Shown piece by piece: positions 1 through 9,536 of a DNA stretch of 64,000 nt. Each line of letters opens with the position of its first letter. Positions within the stretch are counted from its first letter, which is position 1. The translations under genes were made by a program, and so were the position numbers. This DNA comes from an uncultured Anaerolineales bacterium (GTDB lineage: Bacteria > Chloroflexota > Anaerolineae > Anaerolineales > UBA11858). Below the pieces are notes generated by a model. The model saw nothing but the letters and a program-made list of their open reading frames with translations, was not told the DNA's origin and did not search any database. The stretch is taken from positions 2,776 through 66,775 of the forward strand of contig CAZVPR010000011.1 in assembly GCA_964629085.1 (NCBI GenBank). The letters are read 5' to 3'.

Positions 1-69
1 CTCGTTTTCAATTTTATTAGACCCAGGGCTGACCCATTAATTAGCCAACGTTTTGGGTGATTCAGTACC

Positions 70-699
70 CTAGGCGTTATTTTGTTCCTCGGCCCAAACT
101 CGTTCGACAGCAGGGGCGGCATCGGCATAATTGAAGCCGCGACGGGCCAGGAATCCCAGTAATTTCTTGCGAAAATCGGGCCACTCAAGTTGCCGATACT
201 TGCGGGCGTTCTTGTGAGCAGCCTGGTAAGCGAGAGCTTCATCATCAATGCTTTGAAGTACCTCGTCGATAATTTCTTGTTCAACGCCTTTCTGGCGTAA
301 TTCACTTGTTAAGGCTCGCCGGCCGCGCGGCCGAAATTCAGAGCGGTTATCGACCCAGGTTTGGGCAAAGTCTAAATCATTAACCAGATGATTACGGCGC
401 AGCCGTTCGAGTACATTTTCGATAACTTCATCCGGCGTTTCGTGTTTATTCAAGTTGCGCCGGATTTCGACCTCGGTGCGGACGCGGTAGCTGAGGAAGT
501 TCAGAGCCCGTTGATAGGCTTTTTCTCCGGCCTCAGCCTCTTGAAGCTGGCGAATCTTTTGCTCATCGAGCTGCTGGCCCACTTGAAGCCAGGCCGCCAC
601 CACGCGGTAAAGCCCAAAAGCATAGTCATTTTCCAGAAACACACTCACGCGATCCGGATTGTTCTTTTGCGCTTTGAGAGCGGTAATTGTCTTCGCCAT
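70..699 (-). CDS. recX: RecX, RecA regulatory protein
   Basis: ORF directly downstream of recA on the same strand. Helical-repeat RecX-like sequence (RALNFLSYRVRTEVEIRRNL, LLGFLARRGF). ATG at 699 (MAKTITALK) preferred over the upstream alternative start at 714. Confidence 0.85.
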   Translation of the reverse strand: MAKTITALKAQKNNPDRVSVFLENDYAFGLYRVVAAWLQVGQQLDEQKIRQLQEAEAGEKAYQRALNFLSYRVRTEVEIRRNLNKHETPDEVIENVLERLRRNHLVNDLDFAQTWVDNRSEFRPRGRRALTSELRQKGVEQEIIDEVLQSIDDEALAYQAAHKNARKYRQLEWPDFRKKLLGFLARRGFNYADAAPAVERVWAEEQNNA

Positions 700-702
700 A
701 TA

Positions 703-744
703 TCCAAATAACAACAGCCGTGACTTATCTCTAAGCCACGGCTG
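703..744 (-). terminator. Hairpin plus T-rich tail between recA and recX (attenuator/terminator-like)
   Basis: cagccgtg (715-722) pairs with cacggctg (737-744). On the minus strand it is followed by ttgttatttgg and ends about 15 nt before the recX ATG. Confidence 0.4.
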
Positions 745-1054
745 CGCGCCTCAATAAACCTGATCTCAGTGTGATGTATGTGCGCTTTTTGCGGTCAGTC
801 GATTAAATTACAACCTATACTGATTTTTGCAGTAAGCTACCCTGTGGTATCCAATTTGCTCAAGAGGGTTCTGTCTCAACTTGAGGGCCAGAATCCATAC
901 GTTATTACAATACTGAGATCTAATTTCAAAGCCATGGCCGCGCGCGAAAAATTTTTATAAAGAATCGCGCGGCGATAAGTGTTCGAATGAGTTCCAGAGG
1001 ATATTTGGAATGAACTCATTCTATGCTGAACCCACAGGTCCAGCGATCCAGGTG

Positions 1055-2065
1055 TCAATGTTCGAGCGGCATCAGCGGAGGCGGGAGCAGTTCACCACGA
1101 ATGGTGGCTTCGATCTCTTCGACCAGGTCCCAATTTTGGCGGAGAAACTCTTTAGCGTTCTCTCGGCCCTGGGCAATATTTTTGTCCCGATACGAATAAT
1201 ACGAGCCCCGTTTGCTGATGATCTCCATATCGGTGGCGATATCAAGAATATCGCCAACTCTGGAGATTCCTTCATTATACATGATATCAAATTCAGCAGC
1301 ACGGAAGGGTGGGGCGACTTTGTTCTTGACGACCCGCACGCGAGTGCGGTTTCCAACCACCTCCGAACCAATTTTGATATTTTGGACCCGGCGGACATCC
1401 AAGCGTACGGATGCATAGAACTTGAGCGCTTGTCCACCGGTGGTGGTCTCCGGGTTGCCGTAGACAACTCCGATCTTCTGGCGAAGCTGGTTGGTGAAGA
1501 TAACAGCAGTGTTGGTCTGTTTGATCGCGCCGGAAAGTTTGCGCAAAGCCTGCGACATCAAACGAGCCATCAACCCCATATGGGAGTCGCCCATATCCCC
1601 TTCTAACTCCGCACGGGGTACCAAAGCTGCCACCGAATCGATCACAACGACGTCGACTGCTCCCGAGCGTACCAAAGCATCGGTGATCTCCAAGGCTTGT
1701 TCGCCCATATCGGGCTGGGAGATGAGCAGATTCTCGACATCTACACCGCATGCTCCAGCATAGACTGGGTCGAGGGCATGCTCCATATCAATAAAAGCTG
1801 CCGTACCGCCCAGTCTTTGGGTTTCAGCAACGATGTGCTGCGTGATCGTCGTTTTGCCAGAAGATTCAGGGCCATAAATTTCCGTCACGCGGCCCCGGGG
1901 TATGCCACCCACACTGAGAGCGATATCTAGGGAAAGGGACCCTGTGGGAATGACGTCGACACTCAAATGACGCGCATCGCCCAACTTCATGATCATCCCC
2001 TCGCCAAACCTTTTGGTGATATCACCTAGAGCATTATCGAGGGCAGCCCGCTTCTCTTCGCTCAC
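1055..2065 (-). CDS. recA: Recombinase RecA
   Basis: 336 aa. N-terminus [21 protein letters not shown], Walker [10 protein letters not shown], typical L1/L2 regions. GTG start preceded by AAGGAG about 9 nt upstream. Confidence 0.97.
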   Translation of the reverse strand: MSEEKRAALDNALGDITKRFGEGMIMKLGDARHLSVDVIPTGSLSLDIALSVGGIPRGRVTEIYGPESSGKTTITQHIVAETQRLGGTAAFIDMEHALDPVYAGACGVDVENLLISQPDMGEQALEITDALVRSGAVDVVVIDSVAALVPRAELEGDMGDSHMGLMARLMSQALRKLSGAIKQTNTAVIFTNQLRQKIGVVYGNPETTTGGQALKFYASVRLDVRRVQNIKIGSEVVGNRTRVRVVKNKVAPPFRAAEFDIMYNEGISRVGDILDIATDMEIISKRGSYYSYRDKNIAQGRENAKEFLRQNWDLVEEIEATIRGELLPPPLMPLEH

Positions 2066-2295
2066 GGTGTTGTCTTCTCCTTAAATTCTTAAAGTGTTTA
2101 CAGTTTAACATGGTTGGGTTAATAATGGAAGGTATAGACAATTTGAAAAGCAGATGGAGATATTACCTGGTTTTTAATGAAGAAAAGCTAATAATTGAAG
2201 CAGGAGCAGTAACGAATCTCTGGTTCAGTGTTATAGTTCAGTATTGGAAAAGTTTTATTGGTTTTGATTTTTTTCCTGTTTCGAAGGAGATGAAA

Positions 2296-4557
2296 ATGAG
2301 CAAAATAACTCGTGATGATGCCCTGGAATACCATCGTTTAGACGGCAAACCTGGCAAAATCGCTATCTTACCGACTAAACCTTTAGAGACCCAGCGTGAT
2401 CTCTCTCTGGCTTATTCACCCGGCGTGGCGATTCCAGTCATGGAGATTGCAGGAGACTCCAACCTGGCCTATGAATATACCTCCCGAGGCAATCTGGTGG
2501 CTGTAATTTCCAATGGAACCGCCATCCTTGGTCTGGGGGATCAGGGAGCTTTGGCTTCCAAGCCGGTCATGGAAGGCAAAGGCGTGCTGTTCAAAGCCTT
2601 CTCGGATATTGATGTTTTCGACATCGAGGTGGACACTCACGATCCCGATGAATTGATCCGCGTTGTGGCAGCGATAGCGCCCACCTTTGGCGGTATCAAC
2701 CTGGAAGACATCAAAGCGCCGGAGTGTTTCTATATCGAAGAAACACTGAAGGAAATGTTGGACATCCCCGTTTTCCACGATGACCAACACGGAACGGCGA
2801 TCATTTCTTCGGCTGGGTTGCTGAACTCCCTGGAAGTTGTGGGCAAGGATATCGGCGTGATCAAAATTGCCATTTCGGGGGCTGGTGCTTCGGCGATTTC
2901 CTGCGCAGATTTGGCCGTGCAACTGGGTGTCAAACGGGACAATATCTTGATGGTTGACAGCCGAGGCGTGATTTACAAGGGCCGTGAAGATGGAATGAAC
3001 AAATACAAAGAGCGCTTTGCCCCGGAGACTGATGCTCGCACGCTTGCAGACGCAGTCCGAGGAGCCGACGTTTTTTACGGCCTCTCAGTGGCGGACGTAC
3101 TGACACCTGAGATGGTCAAGACCATGGCTGACCAGCCGATCATCTTTGCGATGGCCAATCCCGACCCGGAGATCAAATACGATTTGGCCAAAGAAGTCCG
3201 CCCGGATGCGATTGTGGCAACAGGGCGTTCGGATTACCCCAATCAGGTCAATAACGTTTTGGGTTTCCCCTTCATTTTCCGCGGGGCTTTGGACGTGCGT
3301 GCCAGCGCGATTAATGACGAAATGAAACTGGCCGCAGCGCATGCTCTTGCGGCCCTGACCAAAGAAGACGTTCCAGATAGCGTATTGCGGGCGTATGGCG
3401 TTGAAAGTATGAAATTGGGGCCCGAATATATTATCCCCAAGCCTCTCGATCCGCGTGTGTTGATCTGGGAAGCCCCAGCCGTTGCTAAAGCAGCCATGGA
3501 GTCAGGGGTGGCTCGGCAAGAAATCGATCTGGATGAGTATCGTGAACAACTGGTCTACCGACAAGGTATGGGCCAGCGCGTGCGCCGTTACATTATGAAT
3601 AAGGCCAAGATGGCGTCTCCTAAGAAACGTGTGGTTTTCGCAGAAGGCGAACAGGATAAGATCATTCGAGCCGCCGCACAGGTTGAAGAGGAAGGAATTG
3701 GTGAACCAATTCTGATAGGTAATCCTGAATACATCAACCAACGGGTTGAAGCCCTTGGGTTGCGATGTTGCCCCAACAATGTTGACCCCGATACTTTCGA
3801 CAAGATCGACGAATATGCCCAGGCTTATTATGAACTACGGCAGCGCAAGGGCATCACCATCCAGGAAGCTCAAGAATTGGTCAAAGAGCCCAATGTATTA
3901 GGCCCCATGATGGTCAAATTGGGTGATGCGGAAGCCTTTGTGTCTGGTCTCACGTATCAATACCCGGAGGTATTGCGCCCCGCTCTCCAAATTCACCATA
4001 CTCGCCCTGGTGCAGATCGCGCCGCCGCAGCCTATATTATGGTGGTAAATCACCGGGTATATATCTTTGCCGATGCTACGGTGAACATCGATCCATCGGC
4101 TGAGGACCTGGCCGAAATTGCAGTTTTGGCGTCTGACTTCGCCAAACAACTTGAAATCGAGCCGCGGGTAGCTTTGCTCTCTTTTTCAAATTTCGGCAGT
4201 ACCAAGCACCCCCATTCGGAGAAGGTGCAAAAAACGTTGCGTTTGATCCGCGAAAAAAACCCCGATCTGGTTGTGGATGGTGAGATGCAGGCCGATACGG
4301 CGGTGGTACCCGAGATTATCGACCAGCGCTTCCCTTTTAGTCAGGTAAAGGATGCCAATGTGCTTATCTTCCCCTCTTTGGAAGCAGCGAATATTGCTTA
4401 CAAGCTGCTCGCTCGGTTGGGTGGGGCGCGGGCGATCGGCCCAATCCTTTTAGGTGTTGGTGCACCGGTGCACGTCTTGCAAACAGGCGATGATGTCAGT
4501 GATATCGTTAATATTGCCGGTGTGGCGGTGATGGATGCCGTCAGCCGTGATGGGTAG
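2296..4557 (+). CDS. maeB: NADP-dependent malic enzyme, MaeB type (malic enzyme fused to a phosphotransacetylase-like domain)
   Basis: Malic enzyme N-terminal and NAD(P)-binding regions ([29 protein letters not shown]) plus a C-terminal PTA/PTB-like domain of about 330 aa. AAGGAG at 2284-2289 lies 6 nt before ATG 2296 (ATG 2290 is also possible). The 60-aa N-terminal extension in the ORF track lies in the AT-rich divergent promoter region. Confidence 0.93.
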   Translation: MSKITRDDALEYHRLDGKPGKIAILPTKPLETQRDLSLAYSPGVAIPVMEIAGDSNLAYEYTSRGNLVAVISNGTAILGLGDQGALASKPVMEGKGVLFKAFSDIDVFDIEVDTHDPDELIRVVAAIAPTFGGINLEDIKAPECFYIEETLKEMLDIPVFHDDQHGTAIISSAGLLNSLEVVGKDIGVIKIAISGAGASAISCADLAVQLGVKRDNILMVDSRGVIYKGREDGMNKYKERFAPETDARTLADAVRGADVFYGLSVADVLTPEMVKTMADQPIIFAMANPDPEIKYDLAKEVRPDAIVATGRSDYPNQVNNVLGFPFIFRGALDVRASAINDEMKLAAAHALAALTKEDVPDSVLRAYGVESMKLGPEYIIPKPLDPRVLIWEAPAVAKAAMESGVARQEIDLDEYREQLVYRQGMGQRVRRYIMNKAKMASPKKRVVFAEGEQDKIIRAAAQVEEEGIGEPILIGNPEYINQRVEALGLRCCPNNVDPDTFDKIDEYAQAYYELRQRKGITIQEAQELVKEPNVLGPMMVKLGDAEAFVSGLTYQYPEVLRPALQIHHTRPGADRAAAAYIMVVNHRVYIFADATVNIDPSAEDLAEIAVLASDFAKQLEIEPRVALLSFSNFGSTKHPHSEKVQKTLRLIREKNPDLVVDGEMQADTAVVPEIIDQRFPFSQVKDANVLIFPSLEAANIAYKLLARLGGARAIGPILLGVGAPVHVLQTGDDVSDIVNIAGVAVMDAVSRDG

Positions 4558-4580
4558 ATTTTAAAATATTTTCCGAATTA

Positions 4581-4611
4581 GAAGTTCAACTTTTCCAAGA
4601 AGTTGAACTTC
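4581..4611 (+). terminator. Hairpin downstream of maeB (first of two)
   Basis: 11-bp perfect stem gaagttcaact/agttgaacttc with a 9-nt loop. The downstream sequence is only moderately T-rich. Confidence 0.4.
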
Positions 4612-4654
4612 TCGGCTTATTTCTTGCTGGATGTTGCTTAGATTCCATAGATCA

Positions 4655-4693
4655 AAAAGACAGCCGATAGCGAAAGCCGTCGGCTGTCTTTTT
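4655..4693 (+). terminator. Rho-independent terminator of maeB
   Basis: aagacagccga ... tcggctgtctt stem followed by ttttt (4689-4693). Confidence 0.8.
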
Positions 4694-4744
4694 ATGGTAG
4701 GATTGGGGGGAATTTTCAGAAATTTATTAGTATGGAGGTTCGAT

Positions 4745-5236
4745 TTGACAGAACCAACTCGAATTTGTTTTGTCTGTTTGGGGAATATCGTACGCAGCCC
4801 CCTGGCTGAAAGTATGTTCCGGCATCTGGCCGAGCAGGCTGGCCTGTCCCAAAAGTATGCTGTTGATTCAGCGGGTACATCTGGCTGGCATGTGGGAGAA
4901 CAGCCCGACCGGCGTATGCGACGGGTCGCTGCAGGACATGGTTTCCAGTACGATGGCAGCGCGCGCCAGTTCAAACAAAGGGACTTCGATAGTTTTGATT
5001 TCGTGATCGCAATGGATTCAAGCAACCGCTCTGATTTGCAAAGAACGGCCAGAGATGAAGCGCATGTTGCCAAAATTCATCAGATGCGCGAATTTGATCC
5101 CGAAGGCAGCCCCAATGCTCCTGTTCCTGACCCATATTATGGTGGCATCGATGGTTTCGAAGATGTTTTTCAGATTGTCAAGCGATCCTGTCAGGGTTTA
5201 TTGGATGCTTTGGAAGAGGGTAGATTGGAAGATTAG
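4745..5236 (+). CDS. Low-molecular-weight protein tyrosine phosphatase (LMW-PTP/arsenate-reductase fold)
   Basis: CX5R(S/T) P-loop CLGNIVRS close to the N-terminus and catalytic-Asp motif DPYYG. TTG 4745 is preceded by GGAGG (4734-4738). The upstream part of the ORF-track model overlaps the maeB terminator, so it was trimmed. Confidence 0.85.
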   Translation: MTEPTRICFVCLGNIVRSPLAESMFRHLAEQAGLSQKYAVDSAGTSGWHVGEQPDRRMRRVAAGHGFQYDGSARQFKQRDFDSFDFVIAMDSSNRSDLQRTARDEAHVAKIHQMREFDPEGSPNAPVPDPYYGGIDGFEDVFQIVKRSCQGLLDALEEGRLED

Positions 5237-5265
5237 CAAGAATACTTGTCTACTTGCACCAGAGT

Positions 5266-6117
5266 ATGATTCCTCAAGCTGTTCATAACTGGCTGAAAGA
5301 TAATAACTTCGGCACGATCACATCAAAACGCGCCGTTGGGGGTGGTTGCATTAATAATGGTATGATCCTGCAAGCCGAGGCGGGTTCTAGTTTCTTCTTG
5401 AAGACCAATCAATCTGCCCCAGTCGATATGTTTGCCAGGGAGGCAGAAGGTTTAACGGCCTTGCGGGTTAGTGATGGTCCAATTGTTCCCAAGCCTTTCC
5501 TGTTTGGTAAGAATTTCATTCTGATGCAGGATTTGGCCCCTGCAAATCGTAGAAAGGATTTCTGGCCAGAGCTGGGACGGCGCCTGGCGGCACTGCATAA
5601 CTACCCCAATGATCAATTTGGCTTTTCTCATGACAATTACATTGGCAGCACATCCCAGCCAAATCCCTGGACCGATGATGGATATGTATTCTTTGGGGAA
5701 CAGCGACTTTTGTATATTGCCAATCTTGCCCAGCAACGGAATTTATTAGGCGCCTCTGATTACAAAAAAGTAGAAGCCTTGGTTTCTCGTTTGCCTGAAT
5801 TGGTGCCTGTTCAGCCGGCTGCGCTCATTCATGGTGATTTATGGAGTGGCAATATCTCGACCGATGCAAATGGGGATCCAGCAATCATTGACCCGGCCAC
5901 GCATTTTGGCTGGGCTGAGGCTGAACTGGCCATGATGACGCTCTTCGGCTCGTTCCCGGAAGAGTTTATCAACGCATATCAGGAAGTCCGCCCGCTGGAG
6001 CCAGGTTATCGACCCCGCTTCCCGATTTACAATCTCTACCATTTATTGAATCATCTGTACATATTTGGGCGCAGCTATTTGGGTCAGGTGCAATCCATCC
6101 TGCACATATTAAACTAA
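5266..6117 (+). CDS. Fructosamine/ketosamine-3-kinase family protein
   Basis: FN3K-family pattern including HGDLWSGN and FGWAEAELAM, with an aminoglycoside-phosphotransferase-like fold signature. ATG 5266 (MIPQAVHNWL). Confidence 0.85.
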   Translation: MIPQAVHNWLKDNNFGTITSKRAVGGGCINNGMILQAEAGSSFFLKTNQSAPVDMFAREAEGLTALRVSDGPIVPKPFLFGKNFILMQDLAPANRRKDFWPELGRRLAALHNYPNDQFGFSHDNYIGSTSQPNPWTDDGYVFFGEQRLLYIANLAQQRNLLGASDYKKVEALVSRLPELVPVQPAALIHGDLWSGNISTDANGDPAIIDPATHFGWAEAELAMMTLFGSFPEEFINAYQEVRPLEPGYRPRFPIYNLYHLLNHLYIFGRSYLGQVQSILHILN

Positions 6118-6124
6118 AACAGTT

Positions 6125-7312
6125 ATGACGGAAAACGATATTCGCTTTGAACATATTAAAGTTAAAGATTTGCACGATTTTGCTGAACGTGTTTTAAGCG
6201 ATTCACAACCTGGGCAGTTCGTGCCCATCACTATGCAGCGAGCGATTGCCCATGCTAATAATCCCTATGCCGCCAAAGAAGATGTCGGGTTGTTGGTTGC
6301 CATCGATGGAGATGATGAAGTGGTGGGATATTTCGGCATTTTACCGCTGCTTCTCCGCAACGGGGAGGAGTTCTCCAAGGTGAATTGGTTTACCACCTGG
6401 TCCGTTTCGTCGAAGGTGCGCGGTCGCGGGGTGGGGGCGCAGTTGATGGCTGAAGCCTTATGCCTCGATCAGGATTATTTGATCGTGGGCAGCGTACACG
6501 CTCGAAAAGTGTGCCGGAAATATGGATTCTGGGAGCGCCCGCCGCTAATTTATTACTGGTTGGATTCAACAGGCATGGGCAACCTCAACCCGCTGATCTG
6601 GCTGCGCAGAGCTTATCGAAAAGTATTGCATTTGCTGCCCATCGATAAGACCATCAAAATCGAGACAGATCTAACCAAGCGAATTGATGGATTATTTCAA
6701 AAACCCTTGAAGCGCCTTTTTTATAACTTGCTGATTGGCCCTCAAAGGAAAGTTTTAGCAGGAGCCCAAGTTCGGGATGTGGAGCGAATCTCCAAAGAGC
6801 CGACCACCCCTGCCCTGCGTCCGAACGTTGAACTTTATCGCGGTATTGATGCAGTCAACTGGATGATTGAATATCCCTGGGTGATCGAAACTGGTCAATC
6901 TGTAACCGAAGAAATGGATTATTTCTTCAGTGATACTCGTCCCATGTATCGCTTCCTGACACACGAAATCTACTCCCTGGATGATGAATACCTTGGATTT
7001 GTGGTTTATTCCATTTCGCAAAAAGGGGATATGGTTGTACTGAGAACCCTGGATTATTGTTTTACGATTAAGTCTGATCAGCGCTATTTACTGGCATTGG
7101 CCATTGAGCATGGCAAGCAATATCAGGCTGACACAATAGAATTGCCTCAAGAAGCCGTAAATAAATTAAATAGGAGTATTTTAGGAAAGATCCTGTTAAA
7201 CAGAAAAGAGCGCATTTATCAATGTATGCCCAAGAAAGAACCAAGTCCACTAGCTCAGGCTTGGGAACATATTGCACTTCGTTTAGTGGACGGCGACATG
7301 TCTTTTTCCTAA
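6125..7312 (+). CDS. GNAT-like acetyltransferase-domain protein with an uncharacterised C-terminal half (395 aa)
   Basis: N-terminal half carries an acetyl-CoA-binding-type motif (VRGRGVGAQLMAEAL). I cannot assign the C-terminal ~230 aa to a family. Tightly packed between the kinase (7-bp gap) and the deacetylase (17-bp gap). Confidence 0.6.
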   Translation: MTENDIRFEHIKVKDLHDFAERVLSDSQPGQFVPITMQRAIAHANNPYAAKEDVGLLVAIDGDDEVVGYFGILPLLLRNGEEFSKVNWFTTWSVSSKVRGRGVGAQLMAEALCLDQDYLIVGSVHARKVCRKYGFWERPPLIYYWLDSTGMGNLNPLIWLRRAYRKVLHLLPIDKTIKIETDLTKRIDGLFQKPLKRLFYNLLIGPQRKVLAGAQVRDVERISKEPTTPALRPNVELYRGIDAVNWMIEYPWVIETGQSVTEEMDYFFSDTRPMYRFLTHEIYSLDDEYLGFVVYSISQKGDMVVLRTLDYCFTIKSDQRYLLALAIEHGKQYQADTIELPQEAVNKLNRSILGKILLNRKERIYQCMPKKEPSPLAQAWEHIALRLVDGDMSFS

Positions 7313-7329
7313 CCCAAAAAGGGAATGTT

Positions 7330-8364
7330 ATGACCAATATCATTACGAAGCTACTTGAGTTTTTCGCTAGCCTTATCCCCCAGCGTGTATACCCATGGCT
7401 GCTACGACGAAATAATATCGATTTCTTTTATCATGCTGTTTCCAGTGAATTCATGGAGCATGCCAGGCATTTGTATCCCATAGTGCCCGTGGATGATTTT
7501 GAAGGGGCATTGGATTATCTTCAAGAGCACTTTCAGTTTGTATCTTATTCCCAAATCCATGCCAGCCGAACCGGGCAAGATGAATTGCCTCCGAGGGCCA
7601 TTCATCTCTCATTTGATGATGGATTTGTAGAATGTTTTTCAGTGGTTCGGCCGCTATTATTAGATCGGTCTATACCGTGTACTTTTTTTGTTGCAACAGA
7701 CTGGATCGATAATCAGGCCATGTTTTATCGGAATAAAGTTTCATTGTGTATCGACCATCTGCGCGTCCATCCAGAAGATATTTCAAAACTGGATGGAATT
7801 GCTCCAAAAGTGGCTTCACTAGATGAAGTTGTGCCATGGCTCAAAGAATTGCGCTTGCCCGATGAGATTGTAATTGATGATGTTTGCCAGCGAATAGGAG
7901 TCGATTGGCAGACATTTCTTGATGAAAAGAAGCCTTATTTATCGACTGCTCAAATCCAACAAATGCACGCTGAGGGCTTTACTTTTGGCGCGCATACCAA
8001 ATCGCATCGTAAATTGATCGATTTGTCCGAAGCTGAGATCGAAGAGGAAATTGTCGAATCTTGTCGAAAGGTGCAAGAGATTACCGGTCAAGAAATTGTG
8101 CCTTTTTCCTTCCCGAATTCGGCCTTTGGAGTGGATCGTGGACTGCTATTTTCAATCAGAATTCAGAAACCATTTATCGGTCTTTTGTTTGACACCAAGG
8201 GTGTTCGCAAAGATGAGAATTTCATAGTCAATCGTGTTTGGGCTGAGCGGCCATTGACACTTGAACGGCGATTGCACCCATTGCCCGAAGTGCTGCGGTA
8301 TGCTTATCAGGAGGCTTGGGTGGATGGCGTTATGGATACGATGCGCAAATTGAAACCTAGATAA
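7330..8364 (+). CDS. Polysaccharide deacetylase (NodB-homology, CE4-like) family protein
   Basis: NodB motifs HLSFDDGF (motif 1) and HTKSHRKL (HxxxH, motif 2). ATG 7330 (MTNIITKLL). The ORF-track start at 7222 overlaps the previous gene. Confidence 0.8.
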   Translation: MTNIITKLLEFFASLIPQRVYPWLLRRNNIDFFYHAVSSEFMEHARHLYPIVPVDDFEGALDYLQEHFQFVSYSQIHASRTGQDELPPRAIHLSFDDGFVECFSVVRPLLLDRSIPCTFFVATDWIDNQAMFYRNKVSLCIDHLRVHPEDISKLDGIAPKVASLDEVVPWLKELRLPDEIVIDDVCQRIGVDWQTFLDEKKPYLSTAQIQQMHAEGFTFGAHTKSHRKLIDLSEAEIEEEIVESCRKVQEITGQEIVPFSFPNSAFGVDRGLLFSIRIQKPFIGLLFDTKGVRKDENFIVNRVWAERPLTLERRLHPLPEVLRYAYQEAWVDGVMDTMRKLKPR

Positions 8365-8531
8365 GCGGGAAAAGCAGGGTATAAAGGCCCCTATTGGGAC
8401 CATATAAGTCCAAATATGTGAAAAATTTCCTTATCAAGACTTAACTCAAAACTACAAAAAACTACATATCCTTGAACATATTGATTCGGTAGAATGCAAT
8501 CATTATTGGTATTCCGGAGCGCATTCCGCAG

Positions 8532-9536
8532 ATGCAGAATAAAGGTACAGGACAAACTATTTCCCCTCCATCTCATGGCGTTTTATTAATAAATACCGGC
8601 ACCCCGGATGTTCCCACACACTGGGCGGTACGTCGATTCCTGGCACAATTTTTAATGGATCGGCGTGTGATTGATTATCCACGTTGGATATGGATGCCTT
8701 TGTTATACGGGATAATTCTCAACGTGCGTCCTCGGCGTTCGGCGAAGCTTTATCGGCGCATTTGGTCTGAGGATGGATCTCCGATCATCACAATTTCTCA
8801 ACATTTGAAACAAAAGCTCCAGGAAGAATTAGCAGGACGAATTCTGGGGTCTGTTCAAGTTGAAATCGGCATGCGGTATGGCAACCCTTCAATTGCTGCA
8901 GCACTGGCTCAGTTACGGAAATTGAGCGTGAGCCGGATTATCGTATTGCCCTTATTTCCACAATATTCGGGTACAACAACCGGCACAATTTTAGAAGCTG
9001 TTTTTGCCGAATTAAGGGCCTTGCGTTGGTTTCCGTCTATTCAAGTCATTAGTGATTATCATGATCATCCAGCCTATGTCGATGCTTTGGCAGAGAGCAT
9101 ACGCCCTTTGGTGTGTGAGAACGAAAAGTTACTGTTTTCGTTCCATGGAATACCGCACCGATATGTCCGAAATGGTGATCCCTATGAAGAACACTGCAAA
9201 AAAACGGTTGACCTGGTAACTGAACATCTGAACATGGAACCGGAGCGTTGGTCATTGGCTTACCAGTCTCGTTTTGGCCCCGAGGCCTGGCTCCAGCCTT
9301 ATACCGATCAGGTTTTGGAATCGTGGGGTCGAGAAGGACTTGGAAATATTTGCGTAGTTTGCCCAGGGTTTGCTGTGGATTGTCTGGAAACTTTGGAAGA
9401 AATCAAAAACGAGGGACGGCATCTGTTCTTGGAATCGGGTGGCAGGACTTTTAAATATGTCCCTGCTCTAAATGATCGCCAGGAACATGTGAAAGCTTTG
9501 GCAAAAATTATCTCCGAATCAGATATTATTTTATGA
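8532..9536 (+). CDS. hemH: Ferrochelatase (protoporphyrin or coproporphyrin type)
   Basis: 334 aa. Ferrochelatase pattern LLINTGTPD, PLFPQYSGTTTG, LLFSFHGIP, QSRFGPEAWLQPYT. Confidence 0.9.
   Translation: MQNKGTGQTISPPSHGVLLINTGTPDVPTHWAVRRFLAQFLMDRRVIDYPRWIWMPLLYGIILNVRPRRSAKLYRRIWSEDGSPIITISQHLKQKLQEELAGRILGSVQVEIGMRYGNPSIAAALAQLRKLSVSRIIVLPLFPQYSGTTTGTILEAVFAELRALRWFPSIQVISDYHDHPAYVDALAESIRPLVCENEKLLFSFHGIPHRYVRNGDPYEEHCKKTVDLVTEHLNMEPERWSLAYQSRFGPEAWLQPYTDQVLESWGREGLGNICVVCPGFAVDCLETLEEIKNEGRHLFLESGGRTFKYVPALNDRQEHVKALAKIISESDIIL

Noticed and set aside
1010-1606. 198-aa plus-strand ORF (and several others between 1072 and 1930) overlapping recA
   Set aside because: These are antisense or out-of-frame shadows of a very strongly supported recA gene. 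They have no recognisable motifs and low-complexity composition.
2211-2223. GAATCTCTGGTTC as a Gram-positive-type LexA (Cheo) box upstream of recA
   Set aside because: The spacing is wrong (N5 rather than N4) or there are two arm mismatches. It also lies about 150 bp from the recA start, inside the maeB-proximal region.
4733-4750. GGTTCGATT, a tRNA T-loop-like string
   Set aside because: No acceptor, D or anticodon stems can be drawn in the flanks. The string is the GGAGG RBS plus the TTG start region of the PTP gene. I found no tRNA elsewhere in the intergenic regions.
4561-5073. 170-aa minus-strand ORF opposite the LMW-PTP gene
   Set aside because: It spans the maeB terminators and runs antisense to a PTP gene with intact catalytic motifs. 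I treat it as a shadow ORF.
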